Below are positions 17,719 to 26,811 of a stretch of 30,960 nucleotides of DNA, piece after piece (position 1 is the stretch's first letter; each line of letters begins with the position of its first letter). Below the pieces are notes generated by a model, which saw nothing but the letters and a program-made list of their open reading frames with translations, ran no database searches and had not been told where the DNA came from. The position numbers and the translations under genes are program-made. The stretch is from contig CAZUHR010000001.1 in NCBI GenBank assembly GCA_964620335.1, positions 1-30,960 of the forward strand, given 5' to 3'. This DNA is from an uncultured Desulfobacteraceae bacterium. Lineage in GTDB: Bacteria; Desulfobacterota; DSM-4660; Desulfatiglandales; Desulfatiglandaceae.

Positions 17719-18459
17719 ATGGCCAAGAGTCCAAAAGAACCAAAAGATATATTCACGGATATTATCACCGATTACAAAAAAGCATTTGGGGATGACCTCA
17801 TCAGCATAATTATGTATGGAAGCGCCACAGGCAAGGATTACAGGCCCGGAAAGTCTGACATTAATTTCATGATTGTCCTCTCGGAAGAAGGAATCGAACG
17901 TATTGACATGGCATTTGATATTATAAAAAAATGGCAAAAAAGAAATGTGGCGATCCCGCTCTTTCTTACAGAAGCTTATGTTGACACGTCCTTAGATGTT
18001 TTCCCTATCGAATACCTGAATTTTCAGAGAAACTATGCTCTCGTCTTTGGAAAAGATATCCTGAAAGATCTTGCCTTTGACCGGGAATTCATTCGACTCC
18101 AGTGTGAGCGTGAGATCAAGGGCAAACTGCTCATACTCAGACAGGCATTTCTTGAGACATCAGGAAAGGGAAAATCATTAAAAGAGGTAATCGGGAATTC
18201 AATCTCAGCCTTTGTCGCCATTTTCGATGCATTGCTTCATCTGAAAGGCCAAGACTTGCCCAGGACAAAAAGGGAGGTTGTCAAAGCAACGGCCGCGGAA
18301 TTTGATATGGACGCCGCTTTGTTTGAAAAGGTTCTCGACATTAAGGACGAAAAAGTCAAGCCGGGGGATATGGAAATCATGGGCTTGTTCAAGGATTATT
18401 TGAGAGAAGTACGAAAATTGGCAAAACTGGTAGACACCTTAGGAGGACAACATGAGTAA
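17719..18459 (+). CDS. Pol-beta-superfamily nucleotidyltransferase-domain protein with helical C-terminal domain
   Basis: IIMYGSATG...KSDINFMIVL motif; starts 1 bp after the TPM stop; overlaps lemA. Confidence 0.75.
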   Translation: MAKSPKEPKDIFTDIITDYKKAFGDDLISIIMYGSATGKDYRPGKSDINFMIVLSEEGIERIDMAFDIIKKWQKRNVAIPLFLTEAYVDTSLDVFPIEYLNFQRNYALVFGKDILKDLAFDREFIRLQCEREIKGKLLILRQAFLETSGKGKSLKEVIGNSISAFVAIFDALLHLKGQDLPRTKREVVKATAAEFDMDAALFEKVLDIKDEKVKPGDMEIMGLFKDYLREVRKLAKLVDTLGGQHE

Positions 18460-19027
18460 TACACTGAAAACCGTCCTGATTATTGTCGGCATACTCATTT
18501 TGATCATTGTAGTCCCATTCTCATATCTGAAAGGGACATACAACACCCTCGTAACCATGGATGAGGGTGTCAAGGCGGCGTGGGCCCAAGTTGAAAACCA
18601 GCTCCAGCGCCGTTACGACCTGATACCCAACTATGTGGAAACGGTTAAGGGTTATGCAGCCCACGAAAAGGAGGTCTTTTTGAAAGTCACTGAGGCGCGT
18701 TCAAAAGTGGCGGGCGCCAAAAGTATAAATGATAAGATCCAGGCCAATAATCAACTTTCTTCTGCACTTTCCCGCCTTCTTGTAGTTGTAGAACGCTATC
18801 CTGATTTAAAGGCAAACACCAACTTTATCCGCTTGCAGGACGAACTGGCCGGCACTGAAAACCGTATTGCGGTCGAGCGCCGACGTTTTAATGAAACAGT
18901 GAGGATATTCAATACGAAAATACGCAGGTTCCCTACCAATATGATTGCAGGGATGTTTGGATTTGAAAAGGCGGCATTTTTTGAAGTACCCAAGGAACGT
19001 CAGGAGGCCCCCAAGGTAAAATTTTAG
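18452..19027 (+). CDS. lemA: LemA family protein
   Basis: N-terminal TM, YNTLVTMDEGVKAAWAQVENQLQRRYDLIPN, VVERYPDLKANTNF..LQDELAGTENRIAVERRRFN, FPTNMIAGMFGF. Confidence 0.96.
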   Translation: MSNTLKTVLIIVGILILIIVVPFSYLKGTYNTLVTMDEGVKAAWAQVENQLQRRYDLIPNYVETVKGYAAHEKEVFLKVTEARSKVAGAKSINDKIQANNQLSSALSRLLVVVERYPDLKANTNFIRLQDELAGTENRIAVERRRFNETVRIFNTKIRRFPTNMIAGMFGFEKAAFFEVPKERQEAPKVKF

Positions 19028-19053
19028 GGAGAGTAAAAGGAGAAAGATAAACC

Positions 19054-19392
19054 ATGATCCGTGCCAAACTCTGGTTCCGGTGTGCAGCCATGCACGACCC
19101 CACCACACCTATAATTGTGAAACCAGCCGTGATCGGCTGGGAAGCCAAGGAAAGAAATGTAGACCTGACAATCGAAAGGGCATTTAAGGGTGATGAACTT
19201 GTCCTGAGGATGAAAGGATGGGTCACTGTTGATGTGAAAAAGGTGGTTGAAATAGTAAAAAAACATGGTTACCTGAAGGTTCTTGATGAACGCGAACTTG
19301 TTTTAGAAATGGAAACTGAACGCAATTACGAAGAACTGGAAAAAGAACTTCAGGAAAACTTTAAAGATCAGCTAAACCTGGAAAGGATATGA
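19054..19392 (+). CDS. Hypothetical protein (112 aa)
   Basis: RBS ggagaaag upstream, protein-like composition, stop abuts the Smr ATG; no family recognised. Confidence 0.75.
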   Translation: MIRAKLWFRCAAMHDPTTPIIVKPAVIGWEAKERNVDLTIERAFKGDELVLRMKGWVTVDVKKVVEIVKKHGYLKVLDERELVLEMETERNYEELEKELQENFKDQLNLERI

Positions 19393-19674
19393 ATGGAAGA
19401 AAAAGACATAGGCCCGATCCAGATCCCTATCAATGGAATCCTGGATCTGCACATGTTCTCACCTAAAGACGCCTCATCAGTGGTGAAAGAATATATCCGT
19501 TCATGTCTTGAGAAGAAAATTTATGAAATCAGAATCATTCATGGAAAAGGAAAAGGGATCCTCAGGGAGACAGTGCACTCCCTTCTTGAAAGGCATCCCG
19601 ATGTTATTAGCTATAAACTCGACAGCGGTCCCTCAAGTTGGGGGGCAACTCTGGTCTTTCTAAGAAATAAGTGA
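19393..19674 (+). CDS. Stand-alone Smr/MutS2 domain protein
   Basis: LDLHMF, IIHGKGKGILRETVH, SWGATLVFL motifs. Confidence 0.92.
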   Translation: MEEKDIGPIQIPINGILDLHMFSPKDASSVVKEYIRSCLEKKIYEIRIIHGKGKGILRETVHSLLERHPDVISYKLDSGPSSWGATLVFLRNK

Positions 19675-19994
19675 CCGGCTGGATCTCCTAATGATCTTCC
19701 GACAAAGGCGAATCACCGTCGGTATGGCGGGGCATGGCACTCTCTTTTCAAAATGCGCATTCATACTCCTGCCGAAAGAGTCGAACACCCCCATTCCCGC
19801 AAACAACCGGCCTTTGCACATATTAACGACTGTCGCCACGACAAAGAGTCCCTTCAGGGGCTGTCCAATATAGAAATCCGAGGCCTCATTAACATTCCAT
19901 AAAACGTCATCCTATGCGGCTTTCGAAAAGAGACCACCATGCCCCTTTAATAGGGCGACGGAAGGGACTCTTCGAAGGGACGCATATTTCCACA

Positions 19995-20025
19995 CCTTGC
20001 GCCCTGTGCCTTAAGCCTTACGCCT
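19995..20025 (-). repeat. AGGCGCA-type heptamer tandem repeat (second short copy at 13367-13383)
   Basis: Minus strand aggcgta-aggctta-aggcaca-gggcgca-agg; plus strand aggcaca-aggcgca-agg at 13367-13383. Confidence 0.55.
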
Positions 20026-20104
20026 CAATACAGATGCGGACTTAAGAAGAGTGCTATGGCGAGCCTTGACCGGCAATGCTACGGGTGGAACCACGTGGGA
20101 TTGC

Positions 20105-21325
20105 TTACTCGTGTGATTTTATCAGTTCTTTTGCTTTAACAAACATTCTCTCCCTGTCAACCGGCTTTACATTCTTTACGATCCATTCCCGAACCTTTAC
20201 TCCAGCAGCAAGTGACTGTTTGTAGCTCATGAAATCAAGTTTTATACCAAGCTCATCTGCTACTTTTGTTGCCAGAACCGGCCATACCTCACCAATATCA
20301 CCTATTACTGGAAGGCTGCCCGGGATCCTGGCAAACCCGGACATCTCCATACGAAAGGGAATCCCCATAAGCTTCGTCTTTGGCAGACCCTTTTCGACTG
20401 CATCAGAAACCATTTTGGATTCTCTCTCCTTAACCCAGGCCTTTTCCAAATTCGGATCAAGATCGATCCGAATGATTTTTTTGTTTGCGAGTGAATAGGT
20501 CCAGCTTCCTTCCCAATCCGCCCATATACCGTGGCCTGTAAAAAGCTCAAACGGCCCGTCGTGGATTTCCTGAGAAAGCGCAAGGGCAGACTCGATAATC
20601 ACATCTGCACTGTCAATAAGCCTTGCGATCCGCTGGCAGCGTTCGGAAATGGACAGCGAATCTCCAACAGCAAGACCTACCTCCCCTCCACCCACCAGCT
20701 GAGGCACGGTAACCAGGACAGGGATGTTCTGCTCTGATCCCGCACCTATCATGGTATAAGGGTCAGCACCGTACCCGGCGATCTGTTCGAAAGGGGCTCC
20801 GCAACGCTTTGCAAGGGCGAGGACCTCGCGGGCTAGCCTTTCCGTGCGAAGCCCAGTGGGATAGGCCATGTTTCCGGCCACTTTGATGATCGTATTTCCT
20901 TTTGCCCTTCTCATCCTGCGGTAAAGAGCGCTGTCAATATGGATTTCGTTTTGATACCTTTCCAAAATTGATCCCGAAATGATACTGACCTCAAATTGCC
21001 CGTCAGAAGGAAGTTTTACCGCCTCAAATCCGAAGGTCTGACCATCAAACCGTTTCACCTTTTCAAGCGTACCCCCCATCTCATGATTGATCACCGCAGA
21101 ACTGGTAGAAACTCCGTCAATGATTCCCTTGCGCATCAATTCCGCAATGAGGGTTGTAACACCTTCATGGATATTCGGACCGCTGCCCACAACAGCAACT
21201 ACTTTACCGCCTCTTTTTTTGGACTCAACTATGTCCTTGACAGCATGGTTCAGTCTGGCCCTGGTCTTAGGGGCCAGGCCTTTGTACATTCTTTCTATTG
21301 CTTTTCTATCAATTGCCACGATCAT
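20105..21325 (-). CDS. Uncharacterised protein with probable deoxyhypusine-synthase-like (DHS-like NAD-binding) fold
   Basis: VAVVGSGPNIHEGVTTLIAELMRKGIIDGVSTSSAVINHE, TMIGAGSEQNIPVLV and C-terminal VIGDIGEVWPVL follow the order of DHS blocks; compared by eye only. Confidence 0.55.
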   Translation of the reverse strand: MIVAIDRKAIERMYKGLAPKTRARLNHAVKDIVESKKRGGKVVAVVGSGPNIHEGVTTLIAELMRKGIIDGVSTSSAVINHEMGGTLEKVKRFDGQTFGFEAVKLPSDGQFEVSIISGSILERYQNEIHIDSALYRRMRRAKGNTIIKVAGNMAYPTGLRTERLAREVLALAKRCGAPFEQIAGYGADPYTMIGAGSEQNIPVLVTVPQLVGGGEVGLAVGDSLSISERCQRIARLIDSADVIIESALALSQEIHDGPFELFTGHGIWADWEGSWTYSLANKKIIRIDLDPNLEKAWVKERESKMVSDAVEKGLPKTKLMGIPFRMEMSGFARIPGSLPVIGDIGEVWPVLATKVADELGIKLDFMSYKQSLAAGVKVREWIVKNVKPVDRERMFVKAKELIKSHE

Positions 21326-21528
21326 TCACTCCCTTCACTTGATGGTTTAAAACTAAATCTTGCATAAACAATCTTGAACAGATCAATAAAAAACGCAATT
21401 TCATATACTTAGGATAGATGTCAGGCAGACCATTAAAATAAACTATTGGGTATCGGTAGGATGAAAGCCAAATATTAAAGATTGTTTACCCTTCGGGAGC
21501 GCCGATTTTACCACATCTACTGCGTTAC

Positions 21529-21565
21529 CAAGTGCTTGCGGTAAAGTACTACAGCTGCGCACTTG
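21529..21565. repeat. Intergenic hairpin, possibly part of a small dispersed repeat element
   Basis: caagtgc (21529-21535) pairs with gcacttg (21559-21565), with inner gc.gta/tac.gc pairing around an aagtac loop. Confidence 0.35.
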
Positions 21566-21649
21566 AAGCCTTGTATCTTGGGCAAACCCGACGCTTGCAA
21601 AATCCAGTTTACAGCTTACTGTTTATAGCCTTGAGAGTCAAAAAGTTTG

Positions 21650-22954
21650 TCAAATATCAGATAGGAGTTTCTTTATCACCCGCGCATGTTTTTCCGCAGC
21701 TCCTTGGTTTTTCAGGGCCGCCTCCCTAGCCCGTTCACCATACTCACGCACTGCCTCCGGGTGTCCCAAAAACCAGATTGCCTTTTCAGCCAGCATTTCA
21801 GGACCGGATACCGGCATAGCCGCCCGCGCTCCTTCCAGCAATGCCTTTGCATCTAAAAAGTCCTCCATTGAAGGTCCGTAAAACACGACCTTCCCCCAGA
21901 TTGCCGGCTCCAATGGATTCTGTCCACCGAGAGGGACCAGGCTTGCGCCGCAAAACACCAGCGTACCGACGCTGTAAATCTTAAAGAGTTCGCCAAACGT
22001 ATTGATGATAACGACCTTTTCTGTGCGCCTTTCCTTGGCCTCGCCGAGGTCGGTCCGGAGTTGACATTTAAAGCCTCGCCTTTCAATCATGGCTGCAATC
22101 ACCCGCGTTCTTTCTATATGCCTTGGTACAATTATCAAAATCGTCTCCGGAAACTCCTGAAGCATTTTTTCGTACACATCTAAGACTATTTCCTCCTCAC
22201 CCTCACGGGTGCTGCCTGCCACAAAAACCGGCTTTGAAGGCTCAAGATTCAAGATCTGCCTCATTTCCGCTTCCATTAACGGTTCCGCGCTGCTCCCCAA
22301 CAGGTCATATTTGGCATTGCCGTTTATCTCAATCTTCTGAGGGTCAGCGCCCATTGACCTGATTCGAGCGGCATCTTCCTCCAGGATCATGCTGAAGACA
22401 TCAAAGTTTTGCAGGACCTCTCTGAAAAAAGGGCGTAGCTTGAGGTACCCTCCAATAGACCGAACTGATATTCGCCCATTAATCAGTGCGGTTTTTATAC
22501 CCATGCGGTGTGTCTCAAAAAGCCAAGCGGGCCAGATCTCAGTTTCCAGAAAAACCATGGCATCTGGGCGAACCGTAGATAGTGCCTTGCGAATCGAACC
22601 CACAAAATCAATGGGTGCAAAAATCACAGGAACATCTTCCTTAAAGGTCTCCTTAGCCATATCCCTCCCATGTTCTGTAAACATTGAGACTATCACCGAA
22701 CAGCCCGGGATGATCCTTTTTAAAACAGCAATAATGGCGTCGGCCACCTTGACTTCCCCAAGAGAAACAGCATGAATCCAGATCCGGGGAGATCCTGAAA
22801 GTCCCTGAACCGCCTCCTCGGGAATGAACCCCAATCGCTCTTTAAGGTGACGGCCATGCCGTCCTGTTATCCGCGTATAGCCCCAAAACACGGGAAGCAA
22901 AAAAATGAACAGGCCGCTTGTTAAAACCTGATATGGCCGGTACAAAAAACTCAT
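21650..22954 (-). CDS. waaA: 3-deoxy-D-manno-octulosonic acid (Kdo) transferase
   Basis: WIHAVSLGEV, VFLETEIWP, LINGRIS, GNAKYD, VAGSTREGEE, IVPRHIER, NTFGELFKIY, GGQNPLEPA. Confidence 0.96.
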   Translation of the reverse strand: MSFLYRPYQVLTSGLFIFLLPVFWGYTRITGRHGRHLKERLGFIPEEAVQGLSGSPRIWIHAVSLGEVKVADAIIAVLKRIIPGCSVIVSMFTEHGRDMAKETFKEDVPVIFAPIDFVGSIRKALSTVRPDAMVFLETEIWPAWLFETHRMGIKTALINGRISVRSIGGYLKLRPFFREVLQNFDVFSMILEEDAARIRSMGADPQKIEINGNAKYDLLGSSAEPLMEAEMRQILNLEPSKPVFVAGSTREGEEEIVLDVYEKMLQEFPETILIIVPRHIERTRVIAAMIERRGFKCQLRTDLGEAKERRTEKVVIINTFGELFKIYSVGTLVFCGASLVPLGGQNPLEPAIWGKVVFYGPSMEDFLDAKALLEGARAAMPVSGPEMLAEKAIWFLGHPEAVREYGERAREAALKNQGAAEKHARVIKKLLSDI

Positions 22955-24264
22955 GAACTTGTCTTTTCCTCTTTCTCGAGAAAAGGAAGGATCACACCCC
23001 CCGAGGGGATAATATGTACTTCCGGATTGATTGGACAGATTGTCGCACTTATGTCAATTGCGTGTTCCAGGTCTTCTGCATATAGAAAGCCCATTTTTTC
23101 ACCGGTTTCTCTTGGAATGTCCTTTGACACCAGGATGATCTTGAATTTATGCTGAATGGCCAAGGTCATTCCCAAGGCCATATTGAAATCAATTGCGCCC
23201 TCTTCCATGATCAAACGGTTGTTCTCAAAATGCTCGAGCACGCCACCCAAAAGATTATTGCCATATCTTGAGTGAAATTTCTCAAAACTATTTACAAACG
23301 CTTCAGGAAGATTCCCTTCACAGTCTGCGGCTAGAATAATACAACCTCCTTCTTTAGTAACCATAGAGGCCGGTGAAAGGGGTTTTACGATTTGGGGGCC
23401 TTCCGAGTAGGGAAAAGACGTAATAATGGTCAGGTCCGACTTTTTCGGAAATTCCTGGCAGATGATGGCCTTGCTTTTCTCAATACCGGCGAGATGAGCA
23501 CGGATGGGATCCCCTGAAACCACGTCATACACCTGATCCCCCGGGTCCAGGATGCCGTTGATTACATAACCCAGTCTTGCGGAACGTGAAATGTCACAGA
23601 CCTGCTCATAAAAGACATTCCCTTCTATCTTTCCGAGATCTGTTCCTTCCTGAAAAGTGTATTTAAGATGGTGCTCACGGATGGAGTCAAAGTCAGCAAC
23701 ACCCGGAAAAAGTATCTTGCCACCACCTCCAAACCCGTTCATGGGATGTGGGAATATTGAGCCAATACCTATCCTGAATGTGGCGTCATGAACTGTACGG
23801 TTGATCTTGACTCCCCGGCCTGTCTTTAGCCTGCCAACGGGCACAAGATCGGTCGCGTGGCAGTCATGATTGATAAATGTGTATCTTTGAAGCAATGCCT
23901 TGCCGAATGTGGACTCCAGCTCCTCTGCTGTCAGGTCCCGATGGGTTCCAAGGGCAATAATCACGGAAATATTCTCGGAGGGGACAGGGACCACATCCAG
24001 TTCCTCCATTAAGGTTTCAAGGATAAGCCTTTTTGGAGCTGCGCGGGTTAGGTCCTCAACAATGATGGCGACTTTATCTGAAGGGGTAAGGGCATGTTTC
24101 AGGGTTTTTGCATGAACCGGTTTTTTTAGGGCATTTTTCGTGAGTTCTTTTACATCTTTTTTTGTGAAATGGTCGTCAAATTGGGCAAATGTGAGGACAT
24201 GCCATTTCGAGGGGATTTCAAAGGTGACCTTTTGGTGCCCATAAAATATATGCGCCTTTTTCAT
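22951..24264 (-). CDS. LarA-family nickel-pincer-dependent racemase/epimerase
   Basis: EDLTRAAP, ALGTHR, INHDC, GSIFPHPMNGFGGGGKILFPGVA, IREHH match the conserved Arg/His/His/Lys/His of LarA homologues. Confidence 0.88.
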   Translation of the reverse strand: MKKAHIFYGHQKVTFEIPSKWHVLTFAQFDDHFTKKDVKELTKNALKKPVHAKTLKHALTPSDKVAIIVEDLTRAAPKRLILETLMEELDVVPVPSENISVIIALGTHRDLTAEELESTFGKALLQRYTFINHDCHATDLVPVGRLKTGRGVKINRTVHDATFRIGIGSIFPHPMNGFGGGGKILFPGVADFDSIREHHLKYTFQEGTDLGKIEGNVFYEQVCDISRSARLGYVINGILDPGDQVYDVVSGDPIRAHLAGIEKSKAIICQEFPKKSDLTIITSFPYSEGPQIVKPLSPASMVTKEGGCIILAADCEGNLPEAFVNSFEKFHSRYGNNLLGGVLEHFENNRLIMEEGAIDFNMALGMTLAIQHKFKIILVSKDIPRETGEKMGFLYAEDLEHAIDISATICPINPEVHIIPSGGVILPFLEKEEKTSS

Positions 24265-24378
24265 GATAATGCCAGTTTACCGAAATTTCCAGACCGTTTT
24301 CTGCCCTGCCCCTTATTCATTTTTCCCGCTCCCCTTTTTCAACTACCAATAGACAATGGTCAACGGCCTTCAATATAA

Positions 24379-25077
24379 TCAAACTAATAAGTACTTCTTC
24401 CTCACCTCCTCGTTTTCTCTCAAGTCCTCTATACTCCCATGATACCTGATGACACCCTTATCAACGATGTATCCCTGATCGCTGAGACCCAGCGCAACCT
24501 TCTGGTTCTGTTCCGCCAACAGAACCGTCAAACCTTTGTCTCTCAGCTTACCGATCCGCTCTTCCAGAACTTCAATGATCAAGGGTGCGAGACCTTCTGT
24601 AGGTTCGTCCAGTAACATAAATTCAGGATTCGTCATGAGTGCCCGGGCGACTGTCAGCATTTGCTGTTCACCACCACTTAACAAACCCGCCTTACGGGAA
24701 TCAATGTGACCTAATGCAGGAAAAAAATCGTAGATACTCTCCTTAGTCCATTTTGCACCGTTCCCCGGCTTCCTTGCCGATATCTCGAGGTTGTCTCCAA
24801 CCGTTAGGTCGGCGAAAACCCTTCTGTCATCAGGCACATATCCGATTCCCTTACGGGCAAGCTGGTAGGGCTTTTTGCCTGTAATCACCTCCCCTTTAAA
24901 TTTAATCGTCCCTCTGCGAGGAGGCGTCATGCCCATGATGCTTCTCATCGTTGTGCTTTTCCCGGCCCCGTTCCTGCCTAAGAGACAGACAATCTGGCCC
25001 GCAGGGACGCTTAGCGATACCTCGAACAGAATGTGGCTCAGGCCATAATAGGTGTGAATTTTTTCCACTTCTAACAT
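24379..25077 (-). CDS. livF: LIV-type ABC transporter ATP-binding protein (LivF-like)
   Basis: GRNGAGKSTT, LSGGEQQML, LLDEPTEGLAP, LLAEQN. Start set at MLEVEKI (25077). Confidence 0.93.
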   Translation of the reverse strand: MLEVEKIHTYYGLSHILFEVSLSVPAGQIVCLLGRNGAGKSTTMRSIMGMTPPRRGTIKFKGEVITGKKPYQLARKGIGYVPDDRRVFADLTVGDNLEISARKPGNGAKWTKESIYDFFPALGHIDSRKAGLLSGGEQQMLTVARALMTNPEFMLLDEPTEGLAPLIIEVLEERIGKLRDKGLTVLLAEQNQKVALGLSDQGYIVDKGVIRYHGSIEDLRENEEVRKKYLLV

Positions 25078-25814
25078 GGCTCGGCACCTCCTAAGTAGCA
25101 TTCCTGAACCTCCCTGCAATTTCTGACTTCATTGGGCTTATCCTGAATAACTGTCAGCCCCTGATGCATGACCATGATGCTTTGAGCGGCATTGAACACC
25201 ACTTCCATGTCATGCTCGCAGAATAAAATAGTCAATCCTCGTGAACTTGCCAGTTGTTTGATCATATCCATGGTAGCTGTTGTCTCCTCAGGCGACATGC
25301 CGGCAGTGGGCTCATCAAGGATGAGCAATTCCGGTTCATTGCCCAAAGCGATGGCTATTTCCAGTGCTCTCTGGTCGCCATGAGCAAGGGAGCCTGCCGT
25401 ATAACCGGCCTTATCCGAAAGGCCCACGCTTCTTAAGATGCTGTTGGTTTCATCCACCGCTAATTTCTCGGCCGGGTAAAAAAGGCTTCTGCTCTTTCTC
25501 TGCTGTGACAGCACAGACACCTGAACATTTCTGAACACCGTAAGGCGCGGAAAAATGTTCGCAATTTGAAATGACCGGGCTATTCCTCTCCTGCAGATCT
25601 GGTACGGTGGCAGATCACTGATAACCTCTTCATTAAAGATGACTTTTCCCTTATCCGGCTTTAGCTGCCCTGTAATCAGGTTGAAAAGCGTTGTCTTGCC
25701 CGCTCCATTAGGCCCGATTACCGCCACAAGCTCCCCCTTTTCCACAGTCAGGTTGGCACCGTTCACGGCCTTGAAATCATCAAACGATTTGTGTATTTCC
25801 TCAACCCGTAACAT
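25071..25814 (-). CDS. livG: LIV-type ABC transporter ATP-binding protein (LivG-like)
   Basis: GPNGAGKTTLFN, IARSFQIANIF, LAHGDQRALEIA, LDEPTAG, EHDMEVVF. Confidence 0.93.
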   Translation of the reverse strand: MLRVEEIHKSFDDFKAVNGANLTVEKGELVAVIGPNGAGKTTLFNLITGQLKPDKGKVIFNEEVISDLPPYQICRRGIARSFQIANIFPRLTVFRNVQVSVLSQQRKSRSLFYPAEKLAVDETNSILRSVGLSDKAGYTAGSLAHGDQRALEIAIALGNEPELLILDEPTAGMSPEETTATMDMIKQLASSRGLTILFCEHDMEVVFNAAQSIMVMHQGLTVIQDKPNEVRNCREVQECYLGGAEPC

Positions 25815-26783
25815 CTACTCGTTCTCCCCCTCAACGGCCTCTTCTGCCTGACCACCGAATTTTTCCAGAATATAGCCCCATACTCCCTCGGGCAGAAAGA
25901 AAATAAGCAGAATCAGTATGATGCCAAGAATCAAAGTCCAGTACTCGGTATAGATACCGACAAAGGTCCTTAATGAGACCATTATTGCAGCCCCTAAAAT
26001 GGGCCCGGCGAAAGTAAACCATCCGCCCAAAAGACACATTATGAATATCTCAAGTGAAAACACCCAGAATAGGAGGTCTGGAAAAACCGAGCCTTCCACG
26101 ACAACAAAGAGAACTCCTGCAATCCCGGCAAAGAATGTGGCTATGACTATAGCCATGAGTTGGTGGCGCCTGACATTAATGCCGATGGCTTCACACCTTT
26201 CCGGATTGTCACGGATTGCCTGAAGGGTCTCGCCAAAAGGGGATTTAAAAATCATGTACATCAAAATCAAGCAGATCGTGGCGACGATGAGAATGAAATA
26301 ATAGGCACTGTTCTGGGAAGAGATAAATGAAGGCATGGTAATGCCGTGGATGCCGTCGTCGCCGTTGGTAAGGTCATACCAGCGGAAAGCGATCGCCCAT
26401 AGAAGCGACCCTAAGGAAATTTGAAGCATTCCAAAATATAGCCTGGTCAATCTGACACAAAAAGCACCTATGAGCAGCCCCGACAGTGCCGCCACTATGG
26501 GTCCGGCGACAAAGCCAACCCAGGTCGGTAATGATGTCTTTGTCAGCATTAGAGCGACGGTATAGGCCCCAACACCATAAAAAGCCCCATGATGAAACTG
26601 AAACAGTCCCCCGTGACCGACAACCATATTAAGGCTCATGGCAACCAGGGCCGTCACAAAGATTACGGCAAGCATGTAGGTGTAAAACCTTGGAATAATC
26701 GGCGGCAGAACAAGTAGAATAATAAAGATAACAAGCAAAGGCCCAACAGGCTTCAGATTGAAAGGTGCTCTTAACAACGTCAA
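25815..26783 (-). CDS. livM: LIV-type ABC transporter permease (LivM-like)
   Basis: SLNMVVGHGG...HGAFYGVGAY, LTNGDDG, SPFGETLQAIRDN, MCLLGG...GPILGA. Confidence 0.9.
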   Translation of the reverse strand: MTLLRAPFNLKPVGPLLVIFIILLVLPPIIPRFYTYMLAVIFVTALVAMSLNMVVGHGGLFQFHHGAFYGVGAYTVALMLTKTSLPTWVGFVAGPIVAALSGLLIGAFCVRLTRLYFGMLQISLGSLLWAIAFRWYDLTNGDDGIHGITMPSFISSQNSAYYFILIVATICLILMYMIFKSPFGETLQAIRDNPERCEAIGINVRRHQLMAIVIATFFAGIAGVLFVVVEGSVFPDLLFWVFSLEIFIMCLLGGWFTFAGPILGAAIMVSLRTFVGIYTEYWTLILGIILILLIFFLPEGVWGYILEKFGGQAEEAVEGENE

Positions 26784-26811
26784 CCCCTCATAAAATTGCT
26801 TCGCAATTTTA

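Noticed and set aside
19750-19800. tRNA-like GTTCGACTC on the minus strand
   Set aside because: No cloverleaf, acceptor stem or anticodon arm can be built around it.
19691-19873. 60-aa plus-strand ORF after Smr
   Set aside because: No clear RBS, atypical composition, no recognisable motif.
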